This document shows, piece after piece, positions 58,713 to 64,000 of a stretch of DNA of 64,000 bases (the stretch's first letter is position 1; every line of letters begins with the position of its first letter). Source of the stretch: a virus; IMG/VR virus record IMGVR_UViG_3300038318_000351; one strand, given 5' to 3'. The notes below the pieces were generated by a model. It searched no databases. It was given only the letters and a program-made list of their open reading frames with translations, and was not told where the DNA came from. Position numbers and translations under genes: made by a program.

Positions 58713-59057
58713 ATGAAACATCAAATTTTAAAAGAAAACACGAAGTACTCATTGGAGATTACGGTAAAGGCAAAAGGAGGAATTATAAAGATCACAGATC
58801 ACTCATTAACAAAATGGGAAGAAAGGAAAGAATACAGGAAAGATGAGGTATTACAAATAATAAATGATTTAAAAGAGCGTAGCAAAAGCACTGGTATGCA
58901 TGGAGAGATTATAATCTCTGAGGTAATAAAATCCTATGATTTTGTAATGGATACTTATAAAGAAGATCCAAAAGACAAAGACGCAGAAGAAATACATTAT
59001 ATGGCGTTAAGATTAGTACCGATAGATTTTAAAGAAATTGATAAGTATAAATTTTAA
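58713..59057 (+). CDS. Small cassette hypothetical protein (114 aa)
   Basis: AAGGAGG RBS, promoter motif and terminator. Confidence 0.75.
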   Translation: MKHQILKENTKYSLEITVKAKGGIIKITDHSLTKWEERKEYRKDEVLQIINDLKERSKSTGMHGEIIISEVIKSYDFVMDTYKEDPKDKDAEEIHYMALRLVPIDFKEIDKYKF

Positions 59058-59082
59058 GATTAGGGGGCAATGCCCCCTAATC
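59058..59082. terminator. Bidirectional terminator (GGGCAATGCCC core)
   Basis: GATTAGGGGGC-AAT-GCCCCCTAATC. Confidence 0.75.
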
Positions 59083-59087
59083 ATTTT

Positions 59088-60902
59088 TTAACTAAATCTA
59101 TAATGTGGTGTAAATACTGGTTGCGATGAATTTTGCTGATTATTCTTATCTTTTGCATTTTCCAAAGCTTTGGCGCCAGCATATGCTCCGGTACCAAGTG
59201 CACCATAAGCACCCACTGTTTTTGCCAGTTCTTTATTGTAGCGGTTACGCGCTTTATTTGCGACAGCGTTTGCAGGGTTGCCAATACCTGCAGCTCGCCC
59301 AATTTCTCCGATTGTTCCGGCAGTATTCTTCACGGTAGATGTTCTATCACTAATATTTTTAGCATCATTTACCGCTCTCATTTTCTTCTTTAGTTCATCT
59401 GAGTTTTTCACAGCATTCAACTCATGCTGAATATCGCCAATTGTAACTTTTGATCTTCCCATCTGTTTCTGAGCTTTGTTCGCATTTGCCGAAGCCACGT
59501 TAAATCTTCTAATTTCGTCTAAGAAATCTTGGTTTCCAATTACTTTCTTTTTACCAGTAAACGTCTTTTTAACTTCTGCCAAGTCCTTATTACTAATCGC
59601 CTGATTCTGTTTCATACGATCAACGATATCATCAATCTTTTCATTATATTTGCGATTTTTATTAAACTGCTTAGAATGAACAATATTATCAACCTTGCTA
59701 AAAACACCTTCTCTGTCAGAGGCCGTCTGCTTTTTAGCTTTTTCTAAAGTGCCACGTATGTCGTTGATTTCTTTTTGACTATTACGATACTCCTTATTTA
59801 AAGTACCAATGTGACTGCGAGCACCATTTAAAGCATTTGCTAATTCATCCTCTGCTTTCCCAGAAAACCTCGTTTTTACAAGATCCCCGTTTCTGTCTAT
59901 ACGTATTCTTTTGCCTTTGGACCAGTCCTTTAAAGCTTTTTGCTTATTCCTTACAAGAGTATTTAAACTGTCATCGGCAACGTTAACTACTTTGTTAGCA
60001 TTATTTAATAAACCAGCGCCCGATTCTGCTGCATTTAATGCACCTTTTGCCTTCCGAACATTTTTACCAGAGAGAATATCTCCAACATCTTTTAATAAAC
60101 TGTGATGCGCGGCAAGTTTTTCATATCCACTATTTACGATTTCCTCTGCCGTCTTATCAATTTTAGTTTCCATGATATCTTCATCATAAGAAGCCATTTT
60201 CTCATAAGCCTCATCAATGATTTCAAAAGCATTTTTTAATTTCATGTTGTTATTAACTCCTTTCGATTTTTTCTTTGATTTTATAATCGTTTCCGGTGTA
60301 TAAGCAAGTTGCGCAAGATCAGCTGCATCACCAAGTAATTTCAGTGATCCACCTGTGGCTGCTCCTGCGCCCAATGCTTTAATCGCTTTTTTTCTATCTG
60401 CCCACTTTGTTGACGGCTTAATTATCTTTGGAGCATTTTGAATTGTTTTTGTTAAGTTATCTACAAGCTTACTTCTGTTTTTGTATAGCATTCCATAATA
60501 AGCTGCAGTTGGTATACTTTTTACAGAGATTAACTTCGCATAATCTTCTGGATCAGGGTTTGTTCCAAACTCTTTCTTGTGCAATTTTTTAAGTCGAACG
60601 GACGGTACCGCTCCATCGGTTATAATGCTCGAAATTGCAAAAGCAGGTATACCGGCATTTAGGAAAGAGTTTTTCAAAATATTCTTCTGTTGAATCTTAC
60701 TTAAATTACGCCACTTGGTTTTACCTAATTCCTTTGTAATTCCGCCCGCTAATCCAAGTCCACCAACACCGAGAGAAATTCCATTTCCGATTATTTCGTC
60801 TTTCTTGGAAGAAATAGCTCTGTCGTTAATAACATCTTTCACAACATTTACTATTTTATCCCTCTTATCTTTATTATAATTCATATCATTTTTATTGTCC
60901 AT
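59088..60902 (-). CDS. Putative internal head protein, two basic modules split by a K-x-A cluster
   Basis: EKMAS, DKTAE, EKLAA in a central acidic linker; C-terminal module resembles that of 53787-55469. Confidence 0.7.
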   Translation of the reverse strand: MDNKNDMNYNKDKRDKIVNVVKDVINDRAISSKKDEIIGNGISLGVGGLGLAGGITKELGKTKWRNLSKIQQKNILKNSFLNAGIPAFAISSIITDGAVPSVRLKKLHKKEFGTNPDPEDYAKLISVKSIPTAAYYGMLYKNRSKLVDNLTKTIQNAPKIIKPSTKWADRKKAIKALGAGAATGGSLKLLGDAADLAQLAYTPETIIKSKKKSKGVNNNMKLKNAFEIIDEAYEKMASYDEDIMETKIDKTAEEIVNSGYEKLAAHHSLLKDVGDILSGKNVRKAKGALNAAESGAGLLNNANKVVNVADDSLNTLVRNKQKALKDWSKGKRIRIDRNGDLVKTRFSGKAEDELANALNGARSHIGTLNKEYRNSQKEINDIRGTLEKAKKQTASDREGVFSKVDNIVHSKQFNKNRKYNEKIDDIVDRMKQNQAISNKDLAEVKKTFTGKKKVIGNQDFLDEIRRFNVASANANKAQKQMGRSKVTIGDIQHELNAVKNSDELKKKMRAVNDAKNISDRTSTVKNTAGTIGEIGRAAGIGNPANAVANKARNRYNKELAKTVGAYGALGTGAYAGAKALENAKDKNNQQNSSQPVFTPHYRFS

Positions 60903-60966
60903 ATAGCAAAACCCCTTTTATGATATCATATACTTTACTATGATATCATAAAAGGGGTTTTGCTAT
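60903..60966. promoter_or_regulatory. 28-bp perfect inverted repeat covering the RBS of ORF 59088-60902
   Basis: ATAGCAAAACCCCTTTTATGATATCATA-8 nt-TATGATATCATAAAAGGGGTTTTGCTAT, ending right at the ATG. Confidence 0.75.
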
Positions 60967-60988
60967 CAACGCCATTAATCTATTCTTA

Positions 60989-61402
60989 CTATCTGGCTCT
61001 ATAGATATTAGCATATAAATAATTATTTGAATTTATAGCTTGATAGTAATCTGCTCCGATATAATATTGACTCTCTTCCTTTGTAATTAAGTTTTTTATT
61101 ATTACGTATTTCTTTTGTATTTGTTTACAGATAGTTGGCGTAATAACATTTTCTATATCAACTCCATATCCAGTAAGCATACCTTTATCGACAATTATAT
61201 CTGACATTGTATCTTCTTCCGACCCAAATTCATGCCCATGGATAATAACTAAATCACCATATTTAACAGTCTTTCGCGGTATTTCTTCATTTGCGAAAAA
61301 TCCCAACATATCAAATGAAGAAATACTTTTTAATGACTCGGATACATATTGTGATAGTTTTACGCAATGATTAAGTTCTTTTCGTAATTTTCGAAAAAAC
61401 AT
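60989..61402 (-). CDS. Hypothetical protein
   Basis: AGGAGG RBS; 137 aa. Confidence 0.65.
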   Translation of the reverse strand: MFFRKLRKELNHCVKLSQYVSESLKSISSFDMLGFFANEEIPRKTVKYGDLVIIHGHEFGSEEDTMSDIIVDKGMLTGYGVDIENVITPTICKQIQKKYVIIKNLITKEESQYYIGADYYQAINSNNYLYANIYRAR

Positions 61403-61413
61403 TTCTATCCCTC

Positions 61414-61731
61414 CTACAGATCAATAACTGTCTGAGCAGTTATACTTGCTCCCTTTTTATTATATTGAATACGCGCTTTCCATTCACTTATTTCCGGAGA
61501 GTGCTCCTTGCTAATTACACGTACCTGATTATGAGGATCACATTTTAATAAAGCTACCGACGTTTCATCAACTGAAATAATCGTAGGCTTAGCATTTGCC
61601 GATTGCTCTCCTACTAAATCAATCAAAAGTCTTATCGCATCAACGCGATGATTGCACCCCATTTTCTCTTGAAATCTATTTAGTGCTTCTTCCCTCTTAT
61701 CATCTAAGCTAATTAAAAACTTTGCACTCAT
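61414..61731 (-). CDS. Ribbon-helix-helix (CopG-like) N-terminal domain protein
   Basis: KFLISLDDKREEALNRFQEKMGCNHRVDAIRLLIDL fits beta-strand-helix-helix. Confidence 0.55.
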   Translation of the reverse strand: MSAKFLISLDDKREEALNRFQEKMGCNHRVDAIRLLIDLVGEQSANAKPTIISVDETSVALLKCDPHNQVRVISKEHSPEISEWKARIQYNKKGASITAQTVIDL

Positions 61732-61858
61732 TATAACACTTCACCTCTCTTTATTAATTAATATATACTATAACCGAAAAAATATATAAAATCAAGTATT
61801 GAATTATATACCTGATGTGTATATAATATATGTAAATGAAAAAGGGGTGAGAAATATA

Positions 61859-62140
61859 ATGAAAAGAGAAAACTATATTGCATCAGTTATGCAAATAAGC
61901 TTTTCGAAGAATGGCAAAATGCCCAATTTTGAACAGCTAAAACATAAGGTAAATATTATGGACGAGATACCTGTCGTAACACCGGAAGAATATTATTCAG
62001 CTCAAAACAAGAATAAAAAAGATAGTTTTGATAGCCTATCTTATAACCAAAGAAAAATTATCATCCAAGAGGTAACTTTGTATCTAATGGCAAAAGATTT
62101 ATATTGCAAAATAAAACAAATTGAGGGAGGCAATGCTTAA
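61859..62140 (+). CDS. Hypothetical protein
   Basis: AAGGGGTG RBS before ATG 61859. Confidence 0.6.
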   Translation: MKRENYIASVMQISFSKNGKMPNFEQLKHKVNIMDEIPVVTPEEYYSAQNKNKKDSFDSLSYNQRKIIIQEVTLYLMAKDLYCKIKQIEGGNA

Positions 62141-62767
62141 ATGGAAAACCATCAAAACGAAAACCACGTGTTAACATTTGAAAATTTAGCCAACACGATC
62201 AAAGATAGACTACTACAATTTAAAGCCGAAGATAGAGATTTATTTGTTTGCGATAGAATTATGGACAATATCGGATTTTTATCTTTGTTCAAAGATGCTT
62301 TGTATGAATATAAAAATGGAGTAATACTTTGTGAACGTTTTTTTCTGCGAAACATAGTACAATACGAAGAAAGAGAAATGATTAAATACACGGAAGAAAA
62401 TAAAAAATTGTATGAGGATTTTCTAAATTTCGCTAACAATGAAGCAATTAACAAGGATGCAGATCAGGAAGAGATTTCGAAAAAATTAAAAGAATACGAA
62501 AATAAATTTAATACGGATAATATCCCGACAGAAAAAAAGAAGCTCCCCTATTATGAAGTTATGCGTGGAGCACAAAATAAAATTTTGTTAAAGGATTTAA
62601 AAAATATCGATAACGACGTAATTGAAATAACTTCTAAAATCATTTCTGATTTTATCGTTTCTTTTTACAGAACCATGTTTTTTGTTCCGGATAAAGAATA
62701 CGGAATAATGCTAAGAAGCATTACACATCCAAATTGGATAGATATAATTGCAATTATAATAAAATAG
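62141..62767 (+). CDS. Hypothetical protein
   Basis: GGGAGG RBS; starts directly after the previous stop. Confidence 0.7.
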   Translation: MENHQNENHVLTFENLANTIKDRLLQFKAEDRDLFVCDRIMDNIGFLSLFKDALYEYKNGVILCERFFLRNIVQYEEREMIKYTEENKKLYEDFLNFANNEAINKDADQEEISKKLKEYENKFNTDNIPTEKKKLPYYEVMRGAQNKILLKDLKNIDNDVIEITSKIISDFIVSFYRTMFFVPDKEYGIMLRSITHPNWIDIIAIIIK

Positions 62768-62786
62768 CGGGATATCCCGCTATTTT
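62761..62786. terminator. Bidirectional terminator palindrome
   Basis: AAAATAGCGGGATATCCCGCTATTTT between convergent genes. Confidence 0.75.
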
Positions 62787-62787
62787 A

Positions 62788-64000
62788 TTATTCTATATCG
62801 TCATCGTCCTCGGTGATAATATTTGAACCAAGCTCTTCAATGCCAGCAATCTCATCAGCATTAATCAGCGGATCTAATTCCCCTGCATCCATATCGGAAA
62901 GTGCTTGATTTGCACGTTTAATCTGTTCATCTGCAATTTCATCCATGCGCTTTTTGTAAAGTTCCATAATAACACCTTGCGAATGTGTGTCCGTAATGCC
63001 GCTATTCCTGCCTGCACCCGAATCAGTAGCCTGAATAGATTGTACTTTGTCATGAGCAAAAGACATCATTTTGGCAGTTTTTACAAGAGGATCTACCACA
63101 TCACGATCCTTGTAATTATCAAGTTGTTTAAAGCGATTATATCCTCTCGCTACAATGTCAGAGAACATACTCAAAAAATCATTTCTATCCTCGGTAGCTG
63201 ATTTAAAAGCAAATTCAGAATACATCGCGTTTAAAGTTTTGATATTGTCATCTAATTCTTCAATTCTAGTTTCACTCTGTCTTTTTATCAACAAGCGTTC
63301 TCCGAGATCCATGTCACCATAATCTTCCGTGTTATCAAGGTCATGAAGTAACTGCTCAAGGGAAATTTTTTCTGATTCTAAGGATTGAATCCTTTCCTCG
63401 ACAGACTGTGTTTTAATATTAAAAAAAGATTTCTTATAGCAAGCAATATCATAACGATTAATCTTTACATTAAGTTTAGTTTTAAAATAATCTGCGATTC
63501 TTGCATCTGGCACATTTTCTAAGATCATCTTGTCAATCAAGTAACGTTTCGGATGTAGCAAAATCTTATCCATGACTTTAAATGTTGTTGACGAATCTAG
63601 AATGCGTTCTCCGTTTTCATCAACAGGAAGTCTAGCTGCACTTCCATGATATTTATATATCTCGTTAAGCCATAAATCACCAACCTCGATATACTTAATA
63701 AATTTACAAAACTTAACTTGCATATCGAGATCATTATCAATATGAAGTCTATAGTTTAAAATATCTTTTGAAAAATCCCCTCTAATATTGCCATCTCTCA
63801 AAAGTTTATTTTTGTATGAACCATATAATGTCCCTACTCCGAAAGCTTTCGTAATTGGATCAATTACGCATAAATAATAAGCAGTTAAGTTTGCTTCGTG
63901 CGGCGCGGAAAGCCCCAAACGATACAATTCCTTTTTTATTACTGTAGGCGAATAACGTTTCGTTAGTAAATATCGTATATATCGAACATGAGGTTTGGAT
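62788..64000 (-). CDS. HTH/coiled-coil protein, 5'-truncated; possible terminase small subunit
   Basis: Frame is open to the window edge (SKPHVRYIRYLLTKRYSPTVIKKELYRLG...); HTH-like DKMILENVPDARIADYF, coiled coil and acidic tail. The TerS call rests on architecture and proximity only. Confidence 0.45.
   Translation of the reverse strand, partial: SKPHVRYIRYLLTKRYSPTVIKKELYRLGLSAPHEANLTAYYLCVIDPITKAFGVGTLYGSYKNKLLRDGNIRGDFSKDILNYRLHIDNDLDMQVKFCKFIKYIEVGDLWLNEIYKYHGSAARLPVDENGERILDSSTTFKVMDKILLHPKRYLIDKMILENVPDARIADYFKTKLNVKINRYDIACYKKSFFNIKTQSVEERIQSLESEKISLEQLLHDLDNTEDYGDMDLGERLLIKRQSETRIEELDDNIKTLNAMYSEFAFKSATEDRNDFLSMFSDIVARGYNRFKQLDNYKDRDVVDPLVKTAKMMSFAHDKVQSIQATDSGAGRNSGITDTHSQGVIMELYKKRMDEIADEQIKRANQALSDMDAGELDPLINADEIAGIEELGSNIITEDDDDIE

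Noticed and set aside
1477-63201. The many short ORFs nested in or antisense to long genes
   Set aside because: No RBS, composition typical of shadow frames, fully overlapped by well-supported genes.
1-64000. Stop-codon reassignment
   Set aside because: Long genes are intact and densely packed under the standard code, and TAG, TGA and TAA all occur at plausible gene ends.
1-64000. tRNA, rRNA, integrase or transposase genes
   Set aside because: No cloverleaf or rRNA-like stretch and no recombinase or transposase motifs seen; intergenic gaps are short and explained otherwise.

Overview
The window is part of a large myophage genome with a low-GC, probably Firmicutes, host (GGAGG ribosome-binding sites, sigmaA-type promoters, peptidoglycan-binding domains). 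Minus strand 1-30131 is a virion morphogenesis module: baseplate, hub with M23 peptidase, tape measure with SLT domains, frameshifted tail chaperones, tube, sheath, neck, major capsid, scaffold-like proteins and prohead protease, with a sigma-70-family gene embedded among the baseplate genes. A repeat-rich, AT-rich divergent junction (30131-30815) leads into a plus-strand DNA-metabolism block (HU, SSB-like, Tmk, RuvC-like, DinG). Minus strand 39548-64000 carries a second HU, a 2317-aa single-chain beta-beta' RNA polymerase, portal, large terminase and several unknown proteins, interrupted by small plus-strand promoter-gene-terminator cassettes. Main observations: (1) a recurring K-x-A motif in head-module proteins that looks like a maturation-protease signal cutting polyprotein-like internal head proteins; (2) a fused, bacterial-like RNAP without the beta' N-terminal zinc domain and with a substituted rifampicin pocket, plus a phage sigma; (3) hairpin-based translational control elements; (4) an origin/operator-like GGAC array. 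No database searches were run; all product calls come from motif recognition by eye.
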